Part shown: in pieces, positions 47,345 to 56,938 of the stretch | Numbering within the stretch: the stretch's first letter is position 1 | Layout of the letters: each line of letters starts with the position of its first letter | Assembly (NCBI GenBank): GCA_020632075.1 | Contig: JACKGH010000001.1 | Span: forward strand, 729,778-793,777 | Reading direction: 5' to 3' | Source of the DNA: Candidatus Nomurabacteria bacterium | GTDB taxonomy: Bacteria; Patescibacteriota; Minisyncoccia; Phycocordibacterales; UBA918 | Length of the DNA: 64,000 nucleotides | Translations under genes and position numbers: made by a program | Notes under the pieces: model-generated | The model's input: only the letters and a program-made list of their open reading frames with translations | Told to the model about the DNA's origin: nothing | The model's database searches: none

Positions 47345-47697
47345 ACAGCACAGTCCGGGGGACTGTGCGTCAGGGCTCGAAGCCCGATTGAGATATTTTA
47401 TGAGTGGAGCGAAATAAAATATCCAATTGGGGTACTGGTCCTGTAAGGACCGAGCCCGTCGTTCTTTTGTAATTCGTGAGGACAAATACATTAAAATACT
47501 TGGAGCAAAATACGTTGGTGACCGTCAGGACGAGCCTTTTAGAAAACAGTCGAGCCGGGGTCGCAAGCACTTACTAGAATTAGAGCGTAGTGAATAATTA
47601 TAGTTAGTGACTTGTGACGACAAATGCAGCTGCGGGACGCAGCCTAGAATATACTTATCAATTCACAAGACAAAATTTACCAAAATCATCGAATCGC

Positions 47698-47937
47698 TCA
47701 CCTTCTCTGCGGAAAGAAGAACAAAAAACAGAAAACTGCGATTGACACCGTAATCACTCTGAACAACCACGGAATCCACACTTTATCGTAATGCCTGTAT
47801 TTTTTTACCCAAAGTGGAGTCAGTAGACTAAATACTACAGCAGCAAGTAAAGGTAGTGTTAGGACGCCGTGCACCCCCAAATTCCAGTCTCTCTCTTCTA
47901 TTACTTCCGCCATCAAACCATAAAGAAATAATCCCAC
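47698..47937 (-). CDS. small hypothetical membrane protein (79 aa), low confidence
   Basis: Two hydrophobic segments. No RBS and no homolog recognised. Confidence 0.3.
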   Translation of the reverse strand: MGLFLYGLMAEVIEERDWNLGVHGVLTLPLLAAVVFSLLTPLWVKKYRHYDKVWIPWLFRVITVSIAVFCFLFFFPQRR

Positions 47938-47993
47938 AATAAACCCACCAACGACCCAACATATATAACGATTCTTTTTGTCATAAACTTATT

Positions 47994-48692
47994 CTACCTC
48001 CTCCCCAACATCACACTCCGAAACACATTCCCTACCACACCCACCAACAAACCAAAGAGGAGTAATCCCACAAACCGCGTGATCACAAAAAACACCCAGC
48101 CAATATCAGTCTGCGGCTCCGCCACGGGAATACCCGCCATAAAAACCTTCAGTGACCACCACATCCCTGCTGGAATACTCGCAAACGCGGAGAGATTGGG
48201 CTCAGCCAGATACATCGCCGTACCGGTGATCAAGAGTGCCGTCACCAAAGTTGCGAAGTAGATCAAAATATTCAAAGACAACACCCCTGCGCCTTCGTCG
48301 GTCACCAAACCAGAGCGAGTGACTTTTGCGAGACGCAGCATTCGTAGCAGCCGAATGATCCGAAACGCTCGCGCAGACTTAAGGAACGTGAAGTTACCAA
48401 GCCCAAGAAATGTCGGCAGTATAGAAACCAGGTCAATGATTCCAAAGAAACTCACTACGTACTTCCACTTTGGTTTTGCAACCACCAGTCGACCAATGTA
48501 CTCGCCAGAAAATAAGATCACTGCCACCCACTCAACCACTAGAAAAAATTGGTCATACTTCACAAAGCTTGGCACTGTCTCCAATACCAAACTCACGATC
48601 GAAATGATCGTCAGGAACGCAAAGAAATTATTCACCGCTGCATATGTGCGCGACTGCGGTCGCAAAAACGCCTCCCGAAGCAACGTATTCAT
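47994..48692 (-). CDS. ion transport protein (voltage-sensor-containing cation channel family)
   Basis: S4-like helix with Arg every third residue (RAFRIIRLLRMLRLAKVTR) followed by pore-like helices. Only 232 aa. Confidence 0.65.
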   Translation of the reverse strand: MNTLLREAFLRPQSRTYAAVNNFFAFLTIISIVSLVLETVPSFVKYDQFFLVVEWVAVILFSGEYIGRLVVAKPKWKYVVSFFGIIDLVSILPTFLGLGNFTFLKSARAFRIIRLLRMLRLAKVTRSGLVTDEGAGVLSLNILIYFATLVTALLITGTAMYLAEPNLSAFASIPAGMWWSLKVFMAGIPVAEPQTDIGWVFFVITRFVGLLLFGLLVGVVGNVFRSVMLGRR

Positions 48693-48707
48693 ATGTATAT
48701 GATAGCA

Positions 48708-49409
48708 CTAGAGTCGAAGCGACCAAGCCTCCAAAGCCACATCCATCTCCCGCACCCCCGCATGTCCATCGTGATATAGCTCCAAGAGTGATTGTGAGAG
48801 TTTCTCAACCTCCCCTGGCGCAAATTTACTCAGTGCACGCTTAGCTTTGTTGTATGGAAAATCTTTCATACCGGCTTCAGCGGCACTTGTAGTATTTTGC
48901 GCAAGGCGCAGTGCCTTCAGCTGCCACCAAAGCATACCGACGATCTCCTCTTCACGCAGCCCTTCAAACTTCGCCTCTTGCAAAAGAACCCAGAGCTTAC
49001 GCTTATCTTTCCCGGCGAGCGCTTCCGCGAGCGCGAAGGAATTGAAGCGGTCTGATTTTTCAGCTGCACATTCCTCCATGTCTGCCGCATACTTGGTATA
49101 CGCTTTTTTAGGAGCTGCCAAGAGCGCGCCCTCAAGCACCACAAAGGTGTTTGGTGACTCAGCCATTTCAGCTAATGCCGATTTTACCTCTTCATCACAC
49201 TCAGTATTATTGGACGGAGTATCGATCACAAACCACTCCGCACCTCCAAAGAGCGACGCCGCACCAAGCGCATCTGCGAGCTGCCCTGACTGATACTCGG
49301 CAGCATCGAGTGTGGTGAGCGTTGCGTCGGCTGGCTTGTTTTTTTCGATATAGGAAGTGGCAGCATCGCGCACGCCATTTCGATCTGTTCCGTAGAAGAG
49401 TGTGAACAT
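48708..49409 (-). CDS. holA: DNA polymerase III delta subunit (HolA), short form
   Basis: MFTLFYGTD N-terminus. Length and position (downstream of polA) consistent with compact holA. Confidence 0.6.
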   Translation of the reverse strand: MFTLFYGTDRNGVRDAATSYIEKNKPADATLTTLDAAEYQSGQLADALGAASLFGGAEWFVIDTPSNNTECDEEVKSALAEMAESPNTFVVLEGALLAAPKKAYTKYAADMEECAAEKSDRFNSFALAEALAGKDKRKLWVLLQEAKFEGLREEEIVGMLWWQLKALRLAQNTTSAAEAGMKDFPYNKAKRALSKFAPGEVEKLSQSLLELYHDGHAGVREMDVALEAWSLRL

Positions 49410-49413
49410 AAAA

Positions 49414-50142
49414 CTACTGATTCAATACTGAAAGGTCGTCTGGTTTTTTAAGATAATCTTCCACCAAAACAGAAATCTGTCGTAACTGCAACTTTGACGC
49501 ATCAAAGTATTTACCACCTCTGATATCGAGTACAAATTGGCTCATTCCAGAATCAACGTACGTTGGATACAAAATCAGATTGTAGAGAGTATTATCCCAA
49601 TAAATTCCTCCAAGGAGCGTCGGCAGCTCGTCAATGATGTAACCAGCCAATTTATGCTTATCTTCATCTGAGACGTCAACGTCTCTTAACTCAATATATT
49701 TATCGACAAAATGTAAGACTGCGTTTTGAAATTCAGAATTTTCCCAATACTCTTTCTCGAGAATACCCCGAAGCATGTCATACCCCCAATTATAGATATC
49801 TTCCCAGAAGATTACGTGCACATTAGAAATGTAGCCCATATCACCCGTTTCTCGCGCCAACGTACGTCGCGCCTTATCAAACATACCCGCCACACCGTAG
49901 CCTTTCTGCGCCGCTTTTTCTAGCGCCTCAGCTTCAGACAATCCTCGAAACACCTGCCAGTTAACTGCATCAATTTTATCGGCGATCAAAATGACTGCGT
50001 TCTTATTTGTATATTTATGCGCCCACTCAACATAATGTCGAGCCAGCTCTGGAGTAAGCAGCTTATTTCCTAAACTGATCCCCACAAAAATGTTAAACAT
50101 CTTTTGTTCGACTTCTTTTTCTGATACGTTGAAATATTGCAT
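49414..50142 (-). CDS. tRNA-dependent cyclodipeptide synthase (CDPS) family protein
   Basis: N-terminal IFVGISLGNKLL...W...AVILIADKIDAV matches the CDPS block LIGISAGNSYFS...W...VVYVDTHIDEM (AlbC/YvmC), including the catalytic GIS Ser. YIIDELPTL matches YVLAEAPLF/YVIAELPFF (catalytic Tyr/Glu). 242 aa, typical CDPS size. Confidence 0.6.
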   Translation of the reverse strand: MQYFNVSEKEVEQKMFNIFVGISLGNKLLTPELARHYVEWAHKYTNKNAVILIADKIDAVNWQVFRGLSEAEALEKAAQKGYGVAGMFDKARRTLARETGDMGYISNVHVIFWEDIYNWGYDMLRGILEKEYWENSEFQNAVLHFVDKYIELRDVDVSDEDKHKLAGYIIDELPTLLGGIYWDNTLYNLILYPTYVDSGMSQFVLDIRGGKYFDASKLQLRQISVLVEDYLKKPDDLSVLNQ

Positions 50143-50149
50143 GCAAAAA

Positions 50150-52534
50150 TTATTTTAACGCACTCATACTATTCCAGCTCTCCCCCACCTTCGCTTCAGC
50201 AATCAGTGGCACACCATGACTTTCTTTTTTAGTGAGGACGCCTTCCATAATTTCAATGATTTTATGGGCTGATTCTTCGAGTACTTCAGTTTTAATTTCA
50301 AACACGAGTTCGTCGTGGACCTGGAGCAGCATACGGACGTCGTCAGAGTTTTTGAGGCCCTCAATGTATTCGTGGACACGCAGCATCGCGAGGCGCATGC
50401 AGTCGGCGGCAGTTCCCTGGATCGGCGCATTGATCGCCATGCGCTCGGCCTGGGCACGGATAAACGGTACGCTTGAAGTGATCCCCGGGAACTGCCGCCG
50501 TCGCCCGATCAAAGTCTCTGTATAGCCGTGTTGCCGCGCGAAGGTCTTAGTGTCTTCAAGGTACTCTGCGAGTCGAGTAAAGGTATTGAAATACGCATTG
50601 AGGAACTCTTGCGCTTCTTCGCGCGGCGTGCCTTCACCGAGATTCTGCTGGAGTGCATTCACACCCATCCCGTAGAGAATCCCAAAGTTGATCACCTTGG
50701 CCTTGCGGCGCATGTCGGCCGTCACTTCATCTTGCTTCACTCCAAACACGCGAGACGCTACTCCCGCATGCACGTCTTCACCGCGCTTGAAGATGTCGAT
50801 CATCTGTGAATCTTCGGAGAGGATGGCCGCGATACGCAGCTCGATCTGCGAGTAGTCGATCGCCGCGAGGGTGTAGCCAGGTGCTGCGATAAAGGCGCCG
50901 CGAACGAGCCGCCCCTCCTCGGTGCGGATCGGAATATTCTGCAAGTTTGGATCCTTACTCGCCATGCGGCCGGTCGCGGCGCCGGTCTGCAGCAAGGTCG
51001 AATGCACCCGTCCATCTTCCCCAACGGTCGTCGGCAGTGCATCGACATAGGTCGATACCAGCTTCTGGAGTTCACGATAGCGCAAGATCTCAGCAATGAT
51101 CGGATGTTCATCACGCAGCTTCTCAAGCTCAGACTCCTTCGTACTGCGCTGTCCACCAGCAGTCTTCTTGGCATTTTTTGGTTTCAGGCCGAGTGTATCA
51201 AAGAGCACTTCCCCAAGCTGCTTTGGAGAATTGATATTAAATTCTGTCCCCGCATGCTTATAGATTTTCTTCTCCAAAGCAGCCAATTCTTTATGAAACT
51301 CTTTCGAAATTTTTTCGAGATACTTGGTATCAAGCAAAATACCGATCTGCTTCATCTTCGCCAAGACTGGAATGAGTGGTTTTTCAATATCAGCAAAGAT
51401 CTTCTCGAGCTCCTCCTCTTTTACCTTCTTTCTAAGCAACTTCACCGTCTCACCCCAGTCAGTCGCTTGGAGGAATGACTTGCCGTAGTCGAGAATATCA
51501 TCGAAGGACGCGTTGGTGCGTTCACTCTCAAGGAGCCACAAAAGGATCCTCGCCTCTTCAAGCTCTACATCACTGACCGCAGCAGCGATCGCCGCCGTAT
51601 CGACCAGCTCCATATCAAACAGTTTTTTGATCCGATCCGTCACCGCCCGGAACCCGAGCTCACTAAAGAGCTTGATGATCTCATCAGTATCAGCGTTTTC
51701 CTTCCACTCGGTTTCACTTACTTCAAATTTCTCAAGCGCATCGACACGAATAGTCGCCAACATCTTTGAAAACTCCGCGTCTTCTTTTCCTTCCTTGAGG
51801 AGATTAATAATACGCGGCTTGATACCTGCTTCCAAAAACGCTTCTTCACCCCCTTTCGATTCGAGTTTTTTGTAGATCTTCTCCAGCGAACCAAACGCAG
51901 CGATAAGCGTCGTAGCAGTCTTCTCACCAATCCCTGCGATACCCGGGATGTTGTCGGACGTATCACCACGGAGACCTTTGTAGTCTGGGACCAACTTCGG
52001 CCCGAAGCCAAACCGCTCCTTCACCGCCGCTTCATCGTAGAGCACGGTGTCTTTGATTCCCTTCTTGAGGGTAAAGACCTGCACGCGTTTTTTATCGACG
52101 CACTGCATCGTATCCATATCGCCAGACGCAATGATCACCCGCAGGTCTTTGTCGCTCGCCGTGAGATGCGCGATGGTGCCGAGCATATCGTCGGCCTCAA
52201 AACCTGCCTTCTCAAAAATCGGAATCCCAAACACTTTAAAAATATCGCGTGAGCGATCAATCTGCTGCACCAGCGCATCGTCGGTTTTTTTACGTCCTGC
52301 CTTATAGCCATCAAATGCTTCGTGACGATAAGTTGCTTCGGGCAAGTCATAACACGCTGCAATGTACTGGGGTTTAAATTCTTCGATGATCCGCAAGAGC
52401 ATTGTGGTCACGCCATAGAGTGCACCGGTTGGTTCGCCTGTCGGAGACGAAAAATCCGGCAACGCGTGGTACGCACGGTGCAAGATCGCATGTGCATCAA
52501 GGAGCACTAGAGTAGGAGTGTCTTTTTTGGCCAT
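50150..52534 (-). CDS. polA: DNA polymerase I
   Basis: 5'-3' exonuclease N-terminus (LVLLDAHAILHRAYHA), polymerase motifs A (DYSQIELR), B (RRKAKVINFGILYG) and C (VHDE). Start ambiguous: 52570 GTG, 52561 or 52534. Confidence 0.9.
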   Translation of the reverse strand: MAKKDTPTLVLLDAHAILHRAYHALPDFSSPTGEPTGALYGVTTMLLRIIEEFKPQYIAACYDLPEATYRHEAFDGYKAGRKKTDDALVQQIDRSRDIFKVFGIPIFEKAGFEADDMLGTIAHLTASDKDLRVIIASGDMDTMQCVDKKRVQVFTLKKGIKDTVLYDEAAVKERFGFGPKLVPDYKGLRGDTSDNIPGIAGIGEKTATTLIAAFGSLEKIYKKLESKGGEEAFLEAGIKPRIINLLKEGKEDAEFSKMLATIRVDALEKFEVSETEWKENADTDEIIKLFSELGFRAVTDRIKKLFDMELVDTAAIAAAVSDVELEEARILLWLLESERTNASFDDILDYGKSFLQATDWGETVKLLRKKVKEEELEKIFADIEKPLIPVLAKMKQIGILLDTKYLEKISKEFHKELAALEKKIYKHAGTEFNINSPKQLGEVLFDTLGLKPKNAKKTAGGQRSTKESELEKLRDEHPIIAEILRYRELQKLVSTYVDALPTTVGEDGRVHSTLLQTGAATGRMASKDPNLQNIPIRTEEGRLVRGAFIAAPGYTLAAIDYSQIELRIAAILSEDSQMIDIFKRGEDVHAGVASRVFGVKQDEVTADMRRKAKVINFGILYGMGVNALQQNLGEGTPREEAQEFLNAYFNTFTRLAEYLEDTKTFARQHGYTETLIGRRRQFPGITSSVPFIRAQAERMAINAPIQGTAADCMRLAMLRVHEYIEGLKNSDDVRMLLQVHDELVFEIKTEVLEESAHKIIEIMEGVLTKKESHGVPLIAEAKVGESWNSMSALK

Positions 52535-52587
52535 ATCTGACAGTATACGAGTTTTCTGCATTTTCACCACTTAACGACCCAGGCACT

Positions 52588-52649
52588 GGTTTTGAGCGCC
52601 CGCGGGGACTAAATGCTTAAGCTGCTCGGTAAACATCGGAGCGTGTGAA
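52588..52649. repeat. degenerate second copy of the MITE-like core element (copy B)
   Basis: TTTTGAGCGcCCGCGGGGACTaAaTGCTtAAGCTG...ACATCGGAGCGTGTGAAg, about 85% identical to 30781..30840. Flanking TIRs decayed. Confidence 0.45.
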
Positions 52650-52675
52650 GAATCATTAATTCGCGCCCCATACAC

Positions 52676-53107
52676 CTACGCTACAGTCACCACTCGCACC
52701 TCACCCTCTGTAATTGAAATATCCACCCGTACTGCACTCTCTGGAATATATGAAGCGATCTGCTCTGGCCATTCTACACACACAATCGTGCGCGGCTGGG
52801 TAAATACTTCTTTTAGTCGAAGCGGCTCCGCTTCGCTTTCATCTTCGAACCGATAGGCATCAATATGCACCAACGTATCGAATCTATCATGTGAAAGTTC
52901 GTACTGCTTCATGATAGTAAACGTCGGACTTGTGATCGGCTCGGTCACCCCCAGATTCTTGGCCAATTCCTGTGTAAAGGTAGTCTTCCCTGCCCCCAGA
53001 TCACCTGACAGCGCAATAACCAAGACCTCTCCAGTCATTCCACTCAACAGATCGTTTGCCACTAAATTAAAATCAGACGGTACTGACACTTGGTACGTTT
53101 TTCCCAT
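52676..53107 (-). CDS. tsaE: tRNA threonylcarbamoyladenosine biosynthesis protein TsaE
   Basis: P-loop SGDLGAGKTTF and 143 aa size. Confidence 0.8.
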   Translation of the reverse strand: MGKTYQVSVPSDFNLVANDLLSGMTGEVLVIALSGDLGAGKTTFTQELAKNLGVTEPITSPTFTIMKQYELSHDRFDTLVHIDAYRFEDESEAEPLRLKEVFTQPRTIVCVEWPEQIASYIPESAVRVDISITEGEVRVVTVA

Positions 53108-53177
53108 ACCTTAAGACTATAGCAGCGCTTCTCATCAACGCAAACTCTGTACCCATCGTGCTATCATTACAACATCT

Positions 53178-54932
53178 ATGAACCAGTTTGACGACAGCCT
53201 CACAAATACCCGGATCGCCGATCTGCACGCCCAAGAAGAGGAGCGGTTGGTACAAGCGACGGCACCCCGACTTGGATTTGAGTACATTAACTTACACGGG
53301 TATACCATCAACCCGGAAGCACTCGTGATCATTCCCGAAGAAAAGGCTCGCGCTGCAAACTTAACTGGTTTTGAACTCAAGCAAGGTGTACTTTCAGTCG
53401 CCACTAAAACACCCACCCACCCAAAAACACAGGAGTTACTACAAGAACTACAATCACGACGGTATTCACTTGCGGTATATATGTGTTCAACCGCAAGTCT
53501 TGAACACGCCTGGGAACGATACAAAGACTTGGTCGATTCCGAAGCTTCAAAGCGAGGTATTTTTGAGATCAACCCCGAAGATATTGAAAGACTGATCGGA
53601 AAGATCACAAAGGTTGAAGATGTTAAAGCTATTCAGAAAGAAGTTAGCACCATCAACAACACCCGACGTATTACCGAGACCATGGAAATGATCTTTGCCG
53701 GCGCGCTCGCACTTGGCGCCTCTGACATTCACATAGAGCCAGAAGAAAATGGCATTCGCTTACGATATCGTTTTGATGGTGTACTCCACGATGTCACTGA
53801 CCTCGATTCATACATTTATCAACGACTGATGTCTCGACTAAAGTTGTTGGCTGGCATGATCCTCAATGCCCGTAATGAAGCACAAGACGGTCGTTTTACG
53901 TTCACCTTTAGTGAGCGAGAGATCGAGATCCGCGCCTCAGTGATCCCAGGTGCATTTGGTGAATCCATGGTAATGCGTCTCCTTGATCCAACTGCAGCCA
54001 GCTTCACTATGGACCGCATCGATCTCAATCCATATATTGAGGCGGTAATGCGGCAGCAACTAAAGAGACCGAACGGTCTCATCATAACGACTGGTCCAAC
54101 CGGATCTGGTAAAACCACTGCACTCTACGCCTATCTCCAAGAAGTCCATAATGAAGGCATTAAGATCATCACGATCGAAAATCCAGTTGAGTACAAACTT
54201 GATGGTATCGTGCACACACAGACGGGAGATGACTACACCTTTGCATCCGGACTCCGCGCCATCCTCCGCCAAGACCCAGATGTGATCATGGTCGGCGAGA
54301 TCCGCGATCACGAAGTAGCTGAGACTGCGATCCATGCTGCTCAGACTGGCCACCTCGTATTCTCCACTTTACACACCAACAGTGCAGTGGCTGGTTTCCC
54401 TCGTCTCATCGATTTGGGGGTTGATCCACGCATCATGGGCAGTTCGATCAACATAATCATGGGACAACGACTGATACGTAAGTTATGTACTGAATGTAAG
54501 GTGGCATACGAAGCAACTCCAGCTGAGAGACAGCTGATCGAACACGTGATGGCTACCCATCCTCACCCAATAGCAATACCTACTCCACTCACCCTTTATC
54601 GACCAAGCGGTTGTGCGGCATGTGGCAACACTGGATTTAAGGGTCGTATGGGTATTTTTGAAGGTATCGTTATGGATGAAGCAGTCGAGGAAGCGGTGAT
54701 CCGCGACCCGCGTGAGCACGTTATTTTGGATGCAGCTCGACCGCAAGGGATTCCGACAATGGTCGAAGATGGGATTGAAAAAGTGATCAACGGACTCACC
54801 TCACTTAAAGAACTTGAGCGTATGATCGAACTTCCGTACGATATTGCAAGCGCAATAAAAACTACTTCAGAGGTTACACCACTACCTTCAAGTGAGATCA
54901 GTGATGATGATTTTTTGAAACACATAGTTTAA
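53178..54932 (+). CDS. pilB: type II secretion / type IV pilus assembly ATPase (GspE/PilB family)
   Basis: Walker A GPTGSGKTT, Asp box, His box. C-terminal Cys4 cluster (CTEC...CAAC). Confidence 0.85.
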   Translation: MNQFDDSLTNTRIADLHAQEEERLVQATAPRLGFEYINLHGYTINPEALVIIPEEKARAANLTGFELKQGVLSVATKTPTHPKTQELLQELQSRRYSLAVYMCSTASLEHAWERYKDLVDSEASKRGIFEINPEDIERLIGKITKVEDVKAIQKEVSTINNTRRITETMEMIFAGALALGASDIHIEPEENGIRLRYRFDGVLHDVTDLDSYIYQRLMSRLKLLAGMILNARNEAQDGRFTFTFSEREIEIRASVIPGAFGESMVMRLLDPTAASFTMDRIDLNPYIEAVMRQQLKRPNGLIITTGPTGSGKTTALYAYLQEVHNEGIKIITIENPVEYKLDGIVHTQTGDDYTFASGLRAILRQDPDVIMVGEIRDHEVAETAIHAAQTGHLVFSTLHTNSAVAGFPRLIDLGVDPRIMGSSINIIMGQRLIRKLCTECKVAYEATPAERQLIEHVMATHPHPIAIPTPLTLYRPSGCAACGNTGFKGRMGIFEGIVMDEAVEEAVIRDPREHVILDAARPQGIPTMVEDGIEKVINGLTSLKELERMIELPYDIASAIKTTSEVTPLPSSEISDDDFLKHIV

Positions 54933-54935
54933 GAA

Positions 54936-54966
54936 AAAGGGCGACCCTTCGGGTCGCCCTTTTTCT
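54936..54966 (+). terminator. intrinsic terminator
   Basis: aaaaagggcgaccc-ttcg-ggtcgccctttttc. Confidence 0.65.
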
Positions 54967-55055
54967 TAAAACTTGAGGAGTGAAACACTCACTGGTCAAT
55001 ACTGCAATTTCAGAAATTATGATACTGTCAGTTTGCCAACGTTCGTTCCAGAATA

Positions 55056-55179
55056 TAACTCTCTAAGCAAAGCTTCCGCATTGAAAGTGAATGCCGCGCT
55101 AAGAAAGTTCGCAGCACTCTCACTCTAGGGTGAGCGCCAAGAAACCCCTCGCAACGCATCCAAGTTGCTTAGAGAGTTA
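55056..55179. other. 124-bp structured element closed by a perfect 16-bp inverted repeat (ATAACTCTCTAAGCAA ... TTGCTTAGAGAGTTAT)
   Basis: Lies between two convergent terminators (54936..54966 and a minus-strand tacccc.../...ggggta + T-run at about 55268..55310). Possible -35/-10 (TTGCCA-N15-TATAAC) just upstream on +. Confidence 0.35.
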
Positions 55180-55348
55180 TCGTCTGGAATTGTGGTAAAA
55201 CAAAAAAAGTGACACGCTCAAATGAGCTGTGTACTAGAGAACTTCTCAATTGCTCACTATATTAGCATACTTTAAATATTTGTCAACCCAAAAAGATACC
55301 CCTTTCTATGTTTTCATAGTCTGGGGTAAATAGCCTTTGTTTTACTTG

Positions 55349-55846
55349 TTATATTGTAAAAACAATCACTGTTTCAGGGCCGAGTGAGTTATGGTTCACT
55401 TGATTAAAGTTTCCTCCGATCCATAATTGACCATCTTTGTTTTGCAACACATAGTACAGCCAATATGGGTCTTCAGACACTCTATTCATTGTCAAACAAG
55501 ATGCCCCGCGCATTGCGATCACCATTTCTTCACCTTTTGGCTGATCCTTATAATCAACCCTTAAGATGGGACCGAGCGACTCAGGACATAGCGCAAATCC
55601 CGCTTTGATAACTTCTCTACAAGCGACCGCGTACTCGACACCTTCCGCAAAACCAAGTTGAGCGATCGTACATTTGTACAAAATTACATCTTTTGGTTCT
55701 CGGATGGGTTCAACCATTTCCTCCACCCACATTCCCTTTTCCACACCAGGCATAGCCAGCAACTCGTAGTACAAGGTCGGCATAAGGTGAAGCTGTTTCC
55801 ATGGTTGTACATGATGGATATGATCGATCGGATCTTTAGTGATCAT
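55349..55846 (-). CDS. hypothetical protein (about 166 aa)
   Basis: ORF 55349..55909. Start at 55846 (MITKDPIDHIHH) or 55909. AT-rich. No motif recognised. Confidence 0.4.
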   Translation of the reverse strand: MITKDPIDHIHHVQPWKQLHLMPTLYYELLAMPGVEKGMWVEEMVEPIREPKDVILYKCTIAQLGFAEGVEYAVACREVIKAGFALCPESLGPILRVDYKDQPKGEEMVIAMRGASCLTMNRVSEDPYWLYYVLQNKDGQLWIGGNFNQVNHNSLGPETVIVFTI

Positions 55847-55954
55847 GTGAAGTTCTCCTCTTTTGTAATGAACGGGCAGCAAGAGTAACACAACACGTTT
55901 GAATGTCAACGTATATCACCTACTCAGGGTGTTTTTGTTATAATCTAGAGACCT

Positions 55955-56938
55955 ATGGCAAATAACATCACTCGCGACGACGCCACTAATCTAGACCGCA
56001 CCCTTCGTCCGCAGACGTGGGATGAATACGTTGGTCAAGAAAAAACCAAAGAAAACCTGCGTATTTTACTGACTGCCGCCAAGGAGCGCGGACATGCTGC
56101 AGAGCATATTCTCCTCTATGGCCCACCAGGGCTCGGCAAGACCACTCTCGCCAACTTGGTCTCCAAGACCCTCGGCACCAATATGAAGATCACTTCTGGC
56201 CCAGCGATCGAGCGAGTAGGCGACCTGGCCGCCATCCTTACCAATCTCTCGCCAGGCGATGTGCTTTTTATTGATGAGATCCATCGCCTTTCAAAGAGTA
56301 TCGAAGAAGTGCTCTACCCTGCTATGGAGTCGGGTGTGCTCGATATCATCATTGGCAAGGGCCCATCCGCACGCACCGTACAGCTTGAGCTGCCCCCATT
56401 TACCATGGTTGCCGCTACCACCCGCATCTCACTTCTTTCTTCCCCACTTCGTTCACGCTTCTCTGGCGGCACGTTCCGCCTAGAGTTTTACAGCGACAGT
56501 GAGATAGCCACCATTCTTACCCGCTCAGCCGAACTACTCGGCATGTCTCCCACAAAAGAGATCGTAGACAAGATCGCAAAGCGTTGTCGCGCTACGCCAC
56601 GCACCGCCAACTATCTCTTAAAGCGCTGTCGAGACCTCGCGCAACTTGAAGGCGGCGAGCTAACTGATGAGATCGTTGGAAAAACCTTTGATCTCCTAGA
56701 GATCGATTCGCTCGGACTCGGAAAGCCCGACCGAGCCGTCCTTGAGGTAATTATTCACAAATTTAACGGTGGCCCGGTCGGGCTTAACACCATCGCCGCC
56801 GCAACCGGCGAAGAACCTTCAACTATAGAAGATGTGATCGAGCCATATCTTATTCGGCACGGCCTCCTTGAACGCACCCCGCGCGGCCGCGTAGCTAGCG
56901 GAGAGGCATATGGTCACATTCAAATTACCAACGATTAA
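55955..56938 (+). CDS. ruvB: Holliday junction DNA helicase RuvB
   Basis: AAA+ Walker [10 protein letters not shown], Walker B FIDEIH, sensor and winged-helix C-terminus. Confidence 0.9.
   Translation: MANNITRDDATNLDRTLRPQTWDEYVGQEKTKENLRILLTAAKERGHAAEHILLYGPPGLGKTTLANLVSKTLGTNMKITSGPAIERVGDLAAILTNLSPGDVLFIDEIHRLSKSIEEVLYPAMESGVLDIIIGKGPSARTVQLELPPFTMVAATTRISLLSSPLRSRFSGGTFRLEFYSDSEIATILTRSAELLGMSPTKEIVDKIAKRCRATPRTANYLLKRCRDLAQLEGGELTDEIVGKTFDLLEIDSLGLGKPDRAVLEVIIHKFNGGPVGLNTIAAATGEEPSTIEDVIEPYLIRHGLLERTPRGRVASGEAYGHIQITND

Noticed and set aside
47345-47697. Tested the tRNA-Lys-proximal structured region as RNase P RNA, SRP RNA or tmRNA
   Set aside because: AGUCCGGG is present, but there is no GGAAAG upstream, no GUAAGAGCGCACC or AGGGUGAAA, no SRP GGAAGCAGCC, and no tRNA-like acceptor ending in CCA. 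Left as an unexplained structured region.
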